Notes: generated by a model from the letters alone, not told the origin. 64,000 bases of DNA from Azolla caroliniana (GCA_043228905.1 JBHGNT010000012.1:1674001-1738000), one strand, 5' to 3'; shown: positions 41,064 to 56,449, numbered from the stretch's first letter. Numbers and translations are program-made.

Positions 41064-41189
41064 ACGCATCATTCAAAACATGTCCTACACCGTCTGTGTC
41101 CACAATTTCCTCACAAAGCCTAATTATTATTTGGTAGCAAATAGAAACGTCGGTGCTTAATCAATGCTTCATTATATTTACCACATGTG

Positions 41190-42517
41190 CATGTATGTAT
41201 GGCTCTTTAATTAAGGCGTCATTATATACCATATGAATGTATGCATGTATGTGTGGTTCTTTAATTAACGCTTCACTATATAGTATATACCATATGAATG
41301 TATGCATGTATGTGTGGTTCTTTTGTATGTATGTATCTATGGATATGTGTGTAGATATGCATGTAACCATTTTTTCCCTCGAGAATCCTTCTTTTGAGGA
41401 AGGATATCTTTGTTGCCTTAGTTTTAATACCAAGTAATTTCTGAAGCAGATTCTTATTGAGCTTGTATTTGCTCATTGGATCCAAGCTGCCACGCCACAC
41501 TCCCAAGAAAATCTCGAATGACTTTTGACAAGTGGGTACTTGTACCCGAAACCGAGATGTATGGTTCTTTAATTTATTTATTTTTCCTAGAAAATATCCT
41601 TTCATTAGTTATAAACAGTTATTACAAGAATGTTGACCTACTGTCAAGCTACCATTGGTATGTTGCACTCTTCCTTGGGTCCCCATCCCCAAAGGATAAG
41701 TAGTATCAACACTCCACCACTCCATAACCTAGTTATGTGATTGGTGGTAGGAACAACCATATTGGTGGTGCTAAGCACCACATGGGCCTTGCATTTTGGA
41801 GTGTGAGAAAAGGGGCCTTCTTCCAATAGGCGATAAATTCGAGGCGTTGCAACACTGCAACATCTGTCTCACCTTTAATTTCATCATATCGGCCTTTCAA
41901 GGTATGCACCATCTGCATCCAGACATTCTCTACACTTTCCACTAGATGAACAATAGTATTACCAAACACCTTAAAACATCTAGCAATCCAAATAAACCAC
42001 ATTGTGGTGGTGAATCCAAATAAACCACATTGTGGTGGTGCATCACAGCTCTCATACCTCTTGCATTGCCTTTAACATATAAGGAGCTTCCATATGACTT
42101 CGTTGCACCACCGTTATCCTTCCTCTTTGAATTCTAATGATCGTATCATTTGGACATGCCTCATATGGCCACATCATTTGTGTCACCGTATGGCTCTTTA
42201 ATTAAGGCTTCATTATATACCATATGAATGTATGCTTGTATGTGTGGTTCTTTAATTAAGGCTTCATTATATACCAATGTATGGTTACTTGGTTAAGACT
42301 TCATTATATATACCATGTGTATGCATGTATGGTTGCTTAATTAAGCTTCCATTATATACCATATGAATGTATGCTTGTATGTGTGGTTCTTTAATTAAGG
42401 CTTCATTATATACCAATGTATGGTTACTTGGTTAAGACTTCATTATATATACCATGTGTATGCATGTATGGTTGCTTAATTAAGCTTCCATTATACATGC
42501 ATAAATACATACATGCA

Positions 42518-42548
<31 letters not shown>

Positions 42549-42560
42549 GTATGTATGTGT
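41190..42560. repeat. Interrupted minisatellite TGTGGTTCTTTAATTAAGGCTTCATTATATACCATATGAATGTATGC
   Basis: Copies at 41190-41325 and 42188-42500, flanking an L1 fragment; ends in (CATA)n. Confidence 0.85.
41570..42180 (-). mobile_element. 3' fragment of an L1-type LINE
   Basis: TMWFIWIARCFKVF matches the W.IW..R...VF C-terminal motif of L1 ORF2; A-rich 3' end on the minus strand. Confidence 0.6.
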
Positions 42561-43789
42561 TGCCAAATTTTTACTTAATCCAAAAACAACAAGAAATAAA
42601 ACTTGTAAAGTTAAAAATGTTTGGCGATGCATTGTCAACCAGTCAAGATACAAACATTCATTAAATCTTACACCAAAATTTTAATTGATGTTGGTTTAGG
42701 CCACTAATTTATTGATATTGATCGGCGATGTGGCATTAGCTAAAGTGCAATGTCCCCAACATTGACCTTGATTTTTGAACCCATGATGCTAGAAGAAACT
42801 AGAGAGAGTCTACTCCAATATGTCCCCAACTTTGATCACTACATATGTTCAAGAATCCAAGAACAATATCCATCATCCTCCAGTAGCCTCCTTCATTGAA
42901 GTGACAAAATCTAAGTTTGTGTGGGATCCAACATGCACGCTCTCTACCTTCATCTTCTACTTACCTAAACAAATCTTGACTTTTTTATGGTTCAAAAAGC
43001 CACAATGTGTTTCAACACATACTCCCTTTTAGTTGGGGGTTGGTAGCACTCATTATTTTATGTATATTGCCAAAGCCTTTTGCTTAATCAATGGCAACAT
43101 CAAATTCTTAACTAAGTACTATGTCACCAATTTATCAAGACAAGGTCGCTAATTTAGTATTATCAATCAATTTGACAATGGTAAGCAATGTGGCATTGAA
43201 TAAATAATTAATTCATAATCAATCAAGATTTGGGAACTAATGGATTGTAACATCATCTAAAACTTGTCTTAGGTGATCTTTTATGGTGTTGATAATATTT
43301 TCTCTCACATTTGATACTCTAGAAACCATGTGATTGTTTCAATTTAACCTTCTTAACTATCACATTTAACTCTCTAGAAACAATGTGCATTGCCTTGTTA
43401 TCCATTACCTTGCCTTGTTCAAGGCTTGAGAGAAAGATGTCATCAGTACTAAGGATCAAAAAATTGTCTAGGTGAATGTTGTGTGCGCTTCACCTGCAAT
43501 TTTTTTAGAAAGATTTGAGAGTGGAAGTAATAAGGCTCAAGGTGTGTATGTAACCCTTGTTCTTTATGTGGGAGTATGCAACACATTCTATTAACTCAAG
43601 TAGAAGTTTATAAAAAAAATGGAACTTTGTACATCCAAAAGCCAAATTGGAGTTACGCTAGTTTTTTTTTTTTTTTTTACCGAGATTTGAATGTGGGGCA
43701 AATGGATTTCAAATGAGAAAAGCACAAAGGTGGTGTTAATCCCAAAACACATTCACATAAGTCTTATTTATAAGATCTTTTGACAAGAT

Positions 43790-44956
43790 TTATTCGGCAA
43801 CTGGCAAACTAGGCTCCGCTTCTTTCGCTACCTCAGGTGGTGGTATAACTTGAGAATCAACAACTGCAGGAGTGGCACTTGATTCTTGTGGTGGGGTGGT
43901 TGCTACCTTGGCTTCTTTTGCCTCCAGTGAACGTTTTGTTTTGATAGTATCAACAAGTGCAGCCTCCTTCTTCAATGTCGACCTCTCCTTTTGCTTTGCC
44001 ATTGCTTCTTTCATTGCTTCTTTCCTTCTGTAAGTTGCACGAACCTTTGCATCGTATCCACCCACATCTTTCTCTTCTTTAGGAGGCTTGGGTGCATTTA
44101 CCTCTGTGCCTTTATTTCTTGCAGCATGTGCTAATTCTCCCATACTCGACAATTCAGATAAAATGGCGAATGTGCTGGCTATGGCAAGAGATCTTCCTTC
44201 CCACACAAAAAAGTTGCAACAGATCAATTGAGGAACTGACAAAGTTTGTAATTACATTGAGACATATCTCTAGAAAATGCAATGCGATGGTTAGGAATCG
44301 GCAACAGTTCGGTTTCGGCGTAACCGGTTTGGCCTTGTCCAAAGCCTTAACTGGTTTGGAAGTTTTCAAACTTAAGCCAAACTAGTTCCTAAACTGGTTA
44401 AGGCTTAACCAGTTTGGCGAAACCAATTAAGCCTTCACCGGTTTGGCCCAAAATAGTTCAGTTCAGCTTGAGCCTTGCCAAACCGAGCTCAAACTGGTTT
44501 GGGAACCTCAAGCATGAACCGAACTGCCAAACCTTCATACCGTTAAAAAACAATTTACCGGCTCGGTTTAGGCTTAAGCCACGCAGTTGCCAACTCCTAC
44601 CGATGGTCATGTTTTGTGTCTATATTAAGTTTTGAATTAGATCTGGTATCAATTTTCAAATAGGAAGTGATGAGATCGATCAGACATAAAAATTGTTCTC
44701 CCTGATCAAGATGCATAAACATATATCTTTCATGCTCAGACACCACAGTATTATTTATATAGCTAGCTTGCCTGCGAGGGAGATGGATGGATTTCTCTGT
44801 AGTTATGTTGGATTCTGATGACTGTGTTTGGCAAACCACTTTAACCCCACAACTGCGAGGCCGAGATGGTGACATGAGTGGGGCACTTCCGCTACTCGGT
44901 TTAGACGATGATAGCACCAGGTTCCCAGAGAATGCAAATGATGTTGATGAAGCCAT
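43790..44956 (-). CDS. Small chloroplast thylakoid-lumen protein with bipartite transit peptide (Tat RR motif, AxA site); exons 44956-44772 and 44192-43790
   Basis: Ser-rich MASS.. transit peptide, PRR|SLAIAS..AHAA signal, conserved-looking AKVRATYRRKEAMKEAMAK helix. In-frame join needs the GC donor AG|GCAAGC. Confidence 0.75.
44292..44599. mobile_element. hAT-type MITE (308 bp), same TIR family as 38523-39276, intronic
   Basis: TIRs TAGGAATCGGCAAC / GTTGCCAACTCCTA; 8-bp TSD GCGATGGT / CCGATGGT (7 of 8 match). Confidence 0.9.
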
Positions 44957-47900
44957 GTGAGACCTCCACCTTATATAAATGAAGTGTACTCAGGAATTAG
45001 CAATTTTTGCATCGGCCTTCATACTCAGAAACAAGACTAATGTGTGAAAAATGCATGACACAATATCACACTGCCCTAATTTTGCATAACGTTTGGGCCT
45101 TCACGGAAAATGCAGGGGTAGTTTATGGTTTTCACCCTAATATTTAACCTAACATGATTCATTACTAAAACCATGTAGAAGGCTCTTGCTGTTGTGTAAA
45201 GCCATGGAAAAAATCTCCACCTTACACAAATGAGGGGCATACCTCAGACATGAAATCTATGCATGAAATAAGGTAGCATTATTCGATACTGCATCCTGAG
45301 TCTTTTAACTGCATAGTTAAGGTACAAAACATGAATATGCCATCACTATTATCCCCCCAAAACAAATGGAAAAAATAGTAATAATAATCACGAAGCTGCA
45401 TTTGAATTGTCTCAATCCTTGGTTTGATTGATTCAAAAAGGGGTATTTCAATCTTTCCCCTAAGATCATCCACATCAATTACCACATTTTTTTGATCTTC
45501 TTCGAGAATGTGTAACACTTTTCGCTGAGCTGCATGCAAGCAACCTCTACATAACGGAAGGAAAACTATCTTATGTTCTATCAATTACACATTCATTCAT
45601 CATCATAATCATGGTTCCATACCATCATCAATAGCCTTACCCACTCTTCATAAACCTTCTTACTTCTTTAATCCTGTACTCTCTCTAGTTTACCAACACC
45701 AGAGACTTTGGCTTTGATTCAATTAACTCTCTTTTATTGTCAATCCCCAGAGACAGCTCTGTGCCATGTTTAAACTGTCTCAATCCTTGGTTGATTCAGA
45801 ATGGCATTGATTTAACCCTGAAGTCATTCATATCATCATCATCACATTTTTTTAGTCATCAACAATGTGTAACAATCTCATCTTCATCTTTTCTTTTCTT
45901 CATTTTTTTAGTCATCAACAATGTGTAACAATGGCATTCAAGCATTGCCATTTTCCATCTTCCCTCTCTTTTTTATGAGAAGTTAAGTCAGCCAGATTTC
46001 CAAACACACTTTCATTAATTGCCATTTTTCCATCGTAATAATCCTTTCTTCTTAGACGTTACATCAACCAAGTTTTCATTGCCATTGTTCCATCCTCATC
46101 TTTTTTTCTTAGAGATCACATCAACCACATTCACTACACACATCTTGATCTTCATTCTTTCTTCTTAATCAACCAATATTTACTGAAGATGTCTCATTTT
46201 TCATTCATTTTCTCTTTCTTAGATCATCCACATTTTACCAAAAGCATTCTCATTCTAATCTTCCGACTTTTCCTCTTAGGACAAACCACATTTACTAAAT
46301 CATTTAACCTTCATCTGTTGTTTTACACACAATCCTTACATACAGGGATGGTCACCACCATCATCATTATATTCCTCATCCTCTGCTGAAATGCTTATTT
46401 ATCATCATCATCATCATGTAAGCTGAGCATTTTCTCCAATCATCACTTACAGACATACTGCCCTCATAAATCGTGTGCATCTTAAACTCAATCATGAAGA
46501 GCTCCATGAGCTCTAGAACCCAAAAATGAAATTTCAGAACCTAGAGCATTCTTGAAACAGAGAATGCAAAACCTCCCATGGAATAATGAGACATTCATAT
46601 AAACAGAAAGAAAGAAAAAAGAGAAGAGCCAAGGAAACCAACATACCCTGATACAGACACCAAAACTTTCCAGAGTTGTGAAGATTGAGGATGGATACTG
46701 AGAGGAGGATGAACCCACAAAGAAATCTGACGGAGCCAAAATAAAAAATAAAAATAAAATCTAAAGAGTTGTTTCCTTATCCATATCCAACCACTCAGAG
46801 ATATTGTTCTTTTGGGACAGAGGTCCTCATATTCCCCTCATGATTCCTTCCATTTTACTAGGGGTACCCTTTAGAATTCAGAGAAACATGCCCAAAAACT
46901 TCTCTCTTTCTTAAGATTCTCACTACACAGCAATGTGACATCAATATCTCTAGTGATATTCATAGGGATAGTGTTTCTATCATAGATCAAACAAATCATG
47001 CGCAAATGAATAAAGAGATTCAGGAAAAGAATGGGTTAAGGGTGCTTAACCACACCAATCACCCTTTTGTCATAGATCAAACTAATCATGGGCGAATGAA
47101 TAAAGAGATTTAGGAAAAGAATGGGTTAAGGGTGCTTAACAACACCAATCACCCTTGAGCGAAGGACATGAGACAAACATAAAATACCATCGAATATTAC
47201 CTTATCTTATACTTTGGTTTTGTTGAATAATACATACATAGAAGAGAGCTTGGCCTCACCAATAGAGTCTCGACCCGGTCTCAATATGTTGTAATGAAGA
47301 GGGGTAGCTAGCCCCTTTTATATAACTTGACACCTCTCTATCAAAGAATCGTGATAAATAGGTCAACAATTCCTAATGACTTCATGGCTTGGTTGAATGT
47401 AATAATACCCTACCTTCCAACAACTTCTCTTAAATTTGTTTATAAGCAAAGAGATTCATTTGTTACATCACGCTTTATGGACAACATGAGCATCAATCTC
47501 ATGAAGAGCATTGATTGCAATATAATCCATTAATCTCCTCTAGTACATAGAACCTCATAAAATATGTTTGCAGTTCTAACCAACTTCATGCGCTACTAAT
47601 TTCAGATTGACTCGATAAATTCATCATTTTAGATTAAAAGGCTCTCTCGCTCTCTCTCGTTAACTCTTTCTTAATAAAATACTACAAGTAAACACACATG
47701 TAAACAAAGACAAGTATATACAAAAAAGTGATCACCACTTTAATTAGAAAAAAGGTATATGATACACATACAAGAGGTAGAGTGATTAGGTTTTAGCTAA
47801 CTGGTACTAAACTTTAATCGTTATTATGCTCAAATGAAAGATTGAGGAGATGGAGTAGAGTTGTACCAAGATTATGTAAAAGGAGAAAACCCAAGAAGGG

Positions 47901-48849
47901 AGAAGAGCTACCAATTTCACCAAAAAGCAGAAAAGGGACTACTGTGATTGGATAGAAGGAATGATAGTTGCATGCACTATCATGATCTTGACAACCAATG
48001 AATGGAGAGTCTTTTATAAAGACACATTCAGTCAAGGAACCTAGGAAGAGGTATAATATGAGGCCTAGCCACCCTCATAAAACACATTAGGTCGGAAGGC
48101 TACCGTCTAAGACACCGGTGGTGCAAGCTAGGCTTTCGTCACTATGACAATAATATCTCTTGCAAGGTATTAGTCATCCCAATATCAATTGGTATGGAAT
48201 GTTTGTGGTAGGTTGGCTATGTCTTGATTATAGCTTGGGGGTGGACTTCCATACGATGGGGTTGGGCTACCAACATTACAAAAGCCAACTGCCTTCTAGT
48301 TTTGGGTGAGATTTATTCTATTTCCCTTTTTCTAATGTTCCTTTTGAGCTTCCTATGCATTCCAGTGTCAATGTCTTTGTGTTTCTTTTCCTAAATGGTA
48401 GGTACTTAACAGGCTTTGGCATTCTAAGAACTCACATCTCCCTTAAATCCCCAAAACTTCATGTCTCTTGATTAAATATGAGGTTGAAACAATCAATTTA
48501 AACATTAAGACTCCTCATAGTAACTTAGTGTCTCGGTCAAATGTGATGCCCAAACATACAATTGAATTAAGACACATCATAATAACTATATGTCTTGTTC
48601 AAATGTGATCATGATAAATGGTCGAACCATTTAGATATGTGAGGATCTGATGTCTCTCTTGGTCAAACATGATGTTGCGGAATCGATCGAACCACTCAAG
48701 TATCTCAAAAACAACTCATGAGCCTCAATCTCCAAGTCAACAAATAGAGACGTGCCAAGATCAACACAATTGACGAGGTAAATAGCTTAGACCAGCATCG
48801 AGTGAAATTGCTAGCGACAACCACCCCTCTTGGCATCCATTCCTCACAA

Positions 48850-49169
48850 CATACACATACTATATACATACATACCTAATAGATACAACACATACTCACA
48901 TATGTAGTATACATACATACATACCCAAAGAGATACAACACATACTCACGTATGTAGTATACATACACACACACACACACACTCACATATGTAGTATACA
49001 TACACACACACACACACACTCACATATGTAGTATACATACATACATACCCAAAAGATACAACACATACTCACATATGTAGTATACATACACACACACAGA
49101 CACACACTCACATATGTAGTATTCATACATACATACACACACACACACACGCATACTCACATATGTACT

Positions 49170-49202
<33 letters not shown>

Positions 49203-49425
49203 ATACCTACAATACACATACATACATATGTACTATACATCCATACATACACACACACACACAATACCTACAATACACATACATACATATGTACTATACA
49301 TCCATAAATACATACAATACATCCATACATATACTATACATCGATCCATACACATGCGCACACACACACAATACATACTTACATACACACAATACATAAC
49401 ATAATCACATATGTATTGTACATCC

Positions 49426-49458
<33 letters not shown>

Positions 49459-49520
49459 ATAGATAATCACAAATGTATCATACATACATACATACATACA
49501 TACATACATACATACATACG
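48850..49520. repeat. Long compound (CA)/(CATA) microsatellite with higher-order units (CATACTCACATATGTAGTATACATAC)
   Basis: Direct inspection. Confidence 0.9.
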
Positions 49521-49737
49521 TATTTATACGGTGGTGAAGAAGGAGAAGAAGAAGAAGAAGAAGAAAAAGGAGAGAAGTCTCAGCTTGTGCTGGAAGCTTT
49601 GTCATACGTGGCCATCGCCATCGCCATGGCTCCCAAGGTCAGAAGCTTGGGGCGAACGAAGGTTCCATCGATGCCATAGATGAGCAGGAAAGAAAGAAAA
49701 TAGTGAGGTTCTTCCTTCGGCAGTAGGTCACATCAAC

Positions 49738-49783
<46 letters not shown>

Positions 49784-50060
49784 GTCCTGTACTCTGCTGT
49801 CTCTGACGAAACTGTGAAGGGATTAAGGTACGCTGGTTCCTCCATAGACATCTATCTGAGCTGTTAATCTTACTTCAGACTAGAAGGAAGAAGGAGAGAG
49901 GAAGATTATACCTTACTCGGAGAGAAATACAGACAGACCTTCATTCTGAGAAACTTAGGGCAGAGTTTCTAACGAAGTAAAAGAAAAGAAAGAAAGAGAG
50001 AAAGACAGAAGCTCCACAGCTGCTTCAGTGCAGAATTTTTTTAGATTGGGCTATCCAGCC

Positions 50061-52972
50061 ATGGCTATGATTTTCCATGCTTCAACAGAGTCTCTCATGT
50101 GCAGTTTTCCGAGCACCTCATCTGTTCACACAGATCTTCATCCCAGATCTTCGTCTTCTCTTTCGTTTAATATAAGAAGAAGAAGACATCACTTAAATGT
50201 AAAACATCTTCCTTTTCGCTATGATAACGAACATAAGCGACATATGAGCTTCTTTGTAATATCTGCTTCTTCTTCTTCTTCTTCTGCAAGCAACCACATG
50301 AACAACAATACTACCAACATAAATAACAAATTTGATGACATAGCTTCTTATTTTGTCTCACTTTCTCAGACAACTGGTCAGTTCTTCGAGTCGTCTTGGC
50401 TTCAAACTGTTAATTTCTTTCGATCCTATGATTTTCAAGGGATGATGAAGCAAGGATTCTCAGCTGCAAATCAGAAGATCGAAGAAATAAGTTATGATGC
50501 TAAGAGAAGTGCTGAACAGTTTAATCGTCATTTTAGGGTTTCTGAGAGAGCCAGAGAAATGGCAGACTTTACAAACCAGCAAATGAAGAATATTGATGAA
50601 CAGTATGGATTGATCCAGAGGTTCAGAAATGCTTCTACAGACTTTAGGAGAAACATTCCCATGGTATGTGTATGCTTTTCCTTTTGTATAATCTCCATCT
50701 TCTATGAGTTGCATTATTTACTACATTTAGAGTTATTATTATTTTGAATTTGCATGAATCAACATGATGTATTGCATATAGAGTTCTACATGCATAATGT
50801 TGAAAATCCGTCTCAGTTTTAGCATCTATGCTTTTGCAAGATAATAATCTTACACTCCTTCATGAACAAGCTGTTGATTTTGTATAAATCGCATCATTGC
50901 ATGCATATTAATTTTGAAATTTGTATTAATTCCGAACATGCAGTCCTTTAAGAGATAATAATCTGACACTCCCCTGTGAATTAGCGGCTGATTATATGTG
51001 AATCAAAATACCTGTATTATATTTATACTTTGACTTATTTAATGTTGGAAATTGTATTCATGAGCATGCATGCATTTGCAAGACTATAATCTTACACTCC
51101 ATTGCTGGCTAATCTAATATATGCATAAAATTTTTGGGTTACATTTTAGAACAAAACGTATTTAATGTTGGAAATTGTATTCATGTCAAATATATGCCTT
51201 TCATTTGCTAGATATAAGTATATTAAGACATAACTTATTTTGCATGGCTCCCAAAATTTTATATGTTCATTTACAAAATGGTTTTTAAGCATGGAAACTG
51301 TAATTCTGCTTACTGCAATGCCTGTTGCTCGTATGTTTGTATTGATTCAGTAGGCCCTCACATTTCTGATTTGGAGATTTTCATCTCCCTTTCCTGGAAT
51401 TATTTATGTCATTTCAATGAACATCTATAATTCTACATATTTTTTTATTGAAAACTGTGTTTATTTTGAACATGCATACCATTATTCTGCTAAAAAAGTC
51501 GTGAGAAACCTACCCTTGTATAACATGATTTACACAATTCCATATATTTACCTTGATTACCCCTGTGTCACACACTTTTTCTTTATTATTTGCATGTTGT
51601 TTTTCTTGTCATTTCTGATGGTGACCACAAAGTTTAGTGATTATTTATGAATAGATTTGTCATATTGCGGTGCTTGGTTTGGAAAGGTATTAATATTTCT
51701 GAGGACCATTAGTTTGTTAGTTTGTTAGAGGTGATTCTGTAAATAATGCTCTAAGTGTTTGCATCCAACTGCATGCATTAATGCAGAATGTCATGAAGTG
51801 TCAATACTCTTGCCTTTGTGCAGATAGATGGCATACCTGCTTTGTGGAATATACATAGTGGTTATGAACAAAAAATTTGAACATATAATGTGTATATTGC
51901 AGTACAGACGATGGCTGGATATATTTCTCAAATCTCCTCTTGGCCGCATCTTATCGGTAAGTAAATTGTCTCATTGTTGTCTATCAGCATCCTAAGTGAC
52001 ATGTCATTTATAAAGTGAGGAAATTTTGATAATGGCTTAGTTTTCAAAGATGGTACTGAGATAAAAATATAAGATGAGATGACACAAGGAAACTGGAAAT
52101 TGACCAGTGAGCTATAAATTCCACATGATGGTATTTGAAAAGCACATTATCATTATATAATATAATTCTATGCATGGCCACGTTTTTTTCATTGTGCGTT
52201 TAACTATCCAGAAGACTGATGCCTGCTGACACTCCAATCTGATGGTTTCAATTTACTTGGGTTACTTCACGGCCATAGAGAGATAAAGAAGAAAGAAGAA
52301 ATGAATATATTAACGTCTTTGATGGGTCAAAGTCACCTATGAAATCAAAGAAAATTTCATCCATGTGAAATCTAATAATGTCTGAAGGAAAGAGGGGGAG
52401 GGAGATGTGACATATGAGACCAAAAGTTACATCTACGTGAATCTTGTAGAATGTCTGGTAAAATAAAGTAAACTATAAAATCTAGGTAGCTGCACTATAT
52501 AAGTAGGCTGTGGTCAAAGGACAACAATATAGGAGCATGGGTACCAGGAATGCTATGGTGCTGCCCTGTAAATAATTATACTGAGAGAATGATCAATTTG
52601 ATTTTTGCAGACTCTTGTATTCTTGTGGTTCCTTGTCTCTGGTTGGTTGTTTAGAATCGTGCTTTTCTCAATGTGGGTGCTTCCATTAGCTGCACCATTG
52701 CTCATAAACTCTGCAGCAAGAATCATGACTGTACAGGTATGTTCTACTATATTTATATATTGTTCCTTCTCCCGTTTCATTCTCTTTATATGCCAAGATT
52801 CACCACATTCTTCTCAATGCAGGGTTCATGCCCTTCATGTAAGAGGAGATTTATAGGTTATCGCAGTCAAATGGTGGTTTGTAACTATTGCAAGGCTGTG
52901 GTTTGGCAGCCTAGACAAGACTTCTCTAAAGGTGAATCAGATCCTTCCATTATTGACGTTGAGATTGAGTAA
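50061..52972 (+). CDS. Chloroplast-targeted membrane protein with C-terminal CxxC..CxxC zinc ribbon (resembles the Arabidopsis At2g44870 family, recalled from memory); exons 50061-50663, 51903-51956, 52611-52736, 52823-52972
   Basis: Transit-peptide-like N-terminus, hydrophobic FLWFLVSGWLFRIVLFSMWVLPLAAPLL, GSCPSCKRRF..CNYCKAVVWQP..IIDVEIE; phase-0 GT-AG introns. Confidence 0.9.
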
Positions 52973-55900
52973 CCTACACATGCATGAAAGGCAGGATGAG
53001 CGAGCTTTTTCAGAAAGCTATTCCTACAGGATTTGTCGACATTTTTCAATCGGAACAGGATGAAACCAACTTTATTTGCTGTTATTGTCTTCACACAGTT
53101 TGATTCCATAATGCTGATAGTGTGGAAGTGTCTCTTTCTATAAGCCTAACATTCCACATTGCCGAATCATTTGGTAAGGGGTATATATGTGTAAGGGGTA
53201 TTTTATTATATGCCCACAAGAGGTAGTGCTTCGTGGATTAGCACCTCCCCCCAACACATGGATTTTAAGTGTTCGAGTATTGAATTATGAAGTTTGTAAA
53301 TGGCCTGGACGTTTTTGCAGTATGGGCATTTCACCTTGGAACTGTACAATTAATTTGCGAAGTGTTTCCATGTAATAATCATGCACAGTTTAATAGTTAC
53401 TATTCCAATTTAAAGATTCTGGTGGTAATGCTATGATACCAAATAAGAGGGAACTTTTGAGCTATACACATGATCTGATGGTTGTCAAACTTACAATGAT
53501 AAACTTACCAAATAAGAGAAAAAGAATCAGGACACTTTTGAGTTATACACGTGATCTGATGCTTGTCAAACTTACAATGATAAAGTTTGGTAACTAAGTC
53601 CTAGTGTTTGGAACTATGCGACAAGGAAGAGCGAGGGGATGTGTGCATCATTGTGAAGTCATCCTAAGAGGTTTATTGCAATGTATTAGACTCAGATGGA
53701 TAAAACACTGCATCAAATGATTGTTACTCCAAGAGAAGGGTGAGAATGAGGATAAGATGGGATACATCTACACATTATACATAAAACAGTGATTGTGAAA
53801 AGTAAGGTTGTTTTCTCCTACATTTTACATGTGTATTTAGAAAGCCTTAATTACTGTTGTCTTTACTAAAAATATTCCTCTTCATGTGCGTATTAGAAAG
53901 CCTTAACTACTATCATAGTCTCTCCAAATTTTCTGGTGTGTAGGTGCAAACCATGTGAATCCTGATGCGGTGAAACATGATTGACATATGGAGTGCTTAC
54001 ACCTAGAAAAAGATAAAGGTGACTAAGTACCAGGCGTATTTATGTAATCATAAAACTGTAAACTGTAAACTGTAAGCGTCTATGCTTGGTGAAACATGAT
54101 TTCAAAGCACTAAAATAGAATTAGCTATTATGAACACATGTTAATGACAGCAAAGACTCATCCTTTAATTAAATTGAATCGTACAAAATGGGCTTCCAAA
54201 ATATCTTTCATGATATGTCCAATACCAAAAAAGTTCTGCACATGATCATGAGAGAGAGAAATGGAAAAGAAAGGAAAATTTGGCTTCCCAAATATCATTC
54301 ACGATGTCCCATACCAATATTAGCTCTGTTCATGATCAGCAATGATAAATACTGCAATTGCCACTTATAAGTGAAGAAACATTTTGATTACTGTTCAAAT
54401 GAAATGTACTAAGACAAAGTTACAAGTTACAACTAAGGGGTGAGAAAGCACATTATATGTATACATGATTTAATCGTCAAAACATGGTTACAAGATATGA
54501 GATGTACTGTTTCCAGTTGACCCCAACTAGCATGCCCAGAAAGGTGAGAGTTCTCGATCATTTGAATTAACATGATAAAACTTATTGCTGAATATGCAAT
54601 GGAAGATCTTTTCATCATGATTCAAATTGTCAGGGGTATAACACATTGGTAAGTCCACAGCTTTCACAATGCCAGTCGACATTTGGCAGGTGACACTTCA
54701 TGTGATTCAGGGTTTCATAGGTAAAGATAGTAGGATTACTTTTATGCCAGACTCCACTCTTCAGAAAGATCGTTTCATACGATATAAACTTCCAATGCAA
54801 TGATGTTTTTTTGTCTGGATCATACACCATATATCACAGGTACATGAATTTTAGCCATGTTTGTCTCTTCTGCTGTATATAAAAAAAGAAGTCTGATGCT
54901 ATGATAGACTTAATAGATTATCAACAGTCACTGACGCAGGCAAGGGTCATTCTTCAATTTAAAACATAATCTAACTCTGACACAGCGAATATTTCTAGCC
55001 CTCATCTGGGATCTCAATTTTCCTAACCAGATGTATCTTTTAGTATCAGATACGATTCTTAAGAATCACAAGCAACAACTTCAGAACCAGATGTCTCTCT
55101 TTTGAGTTAGAAAACAAGCATCTCATTATCATGTCCATCTGCCAGAATTCATGTTAAGATGTGCAGCAATAACCCAGGAATTTTCCCATCTCATTTTCAT
55201 GTTAAAATTGGCCATGCTGTCTACGAGAATGCTTGGCTGCCGGTCCATTTTTGACATATCCCATATGCACTTATCCTCAGAATTGAAATAGAGCCTAAGA
55301 TACACAATTCATAGGTCAACATAAATTATCCACTTTCCAGGATTTTATATCTGCATGTGTAGCCATTGAAAGAATGCTTGACGGCTAGTGCATTTTGACA
55401 TATAATTTACATGGTCATATAAATTAACCACTTTCCAAGATTTTATATCTGCACATGCTTAGCCATTGAAAGAATGCTTGACCACTGGTGCATTTTGATA
55501 TATTCCATACACGCATGCACTTTTCCTCAGAATTGAAATAGAGCCCAAGTCACATAATTCACAAGGCTGTAAATTATCCAGTCCCCAAGATTTTATACGG
55601 ACATGTGCATAGCCATATAAAGAATATTAGTGACTTGCATGTATGAGGATGTGGGTAAGCAACGTTAGGATGTTTCATATACTTGGGCTCTATCATATAC
55701 TGTTGGTTTATTCCTTAGGGCAGGCACTGATATCCCAAACCTAAGTCTCATCAAGAGAGGCAGACAACAGAATCTTCTTTTATGGCAATGATTGTGGCCA
55801 GTAAGACCAGAGAAGCAAGGACATGATTGGAAATTCCATATTAGAATAATTTTTCATATGAACAGTCACATTAGTTTCCCATTTTTACGCATGTATCACT

Positions 55901-56449
55901 CAGCGCATGGGCAGGGTATGAACTTGTGAGCCTGACAAGTTGGCCATTTACTCCACCATGCAAGTAATTGATGTCTTTCTAACCTCATCACTCCCACTCA
56001 TGCTACAAGTCAATCAAGGGTGTCACAAATGGGCTCCCGACCAGGGCATTGCAAAGGAGTTACAATAGATCGGGCAATAGGAATTTGCCTTGCACGTAGA
56101 CCCTGGCCTCATGGACCAGGAACTCACCACCCTTATTATCTCCTACCATCGCAGGTGCTTCCATCACTTCGGAGGCCGCTCCATTCTGGATCAACCTATG
56201 CTAGAGATCTTTCGAAGTAAAAAATTACAATATATCTAACTTGAGAATCTTACATGTATCAATAACAAGATTCTTTAGTCACTTTTTATCTTATGTACTT
56301 TTTTACTTAGTAACATTCATTTTGGTTTGTTGTTCTCAAAGAGGAGACAACACTTACGATGTAATCTCTTGATTAGTCTAATAGGCCATTTGAGCCTCTT
56401 AAAAGACAAATTATCTTTCATTCTTTATTTCTATCGGAATTGAATTTAG

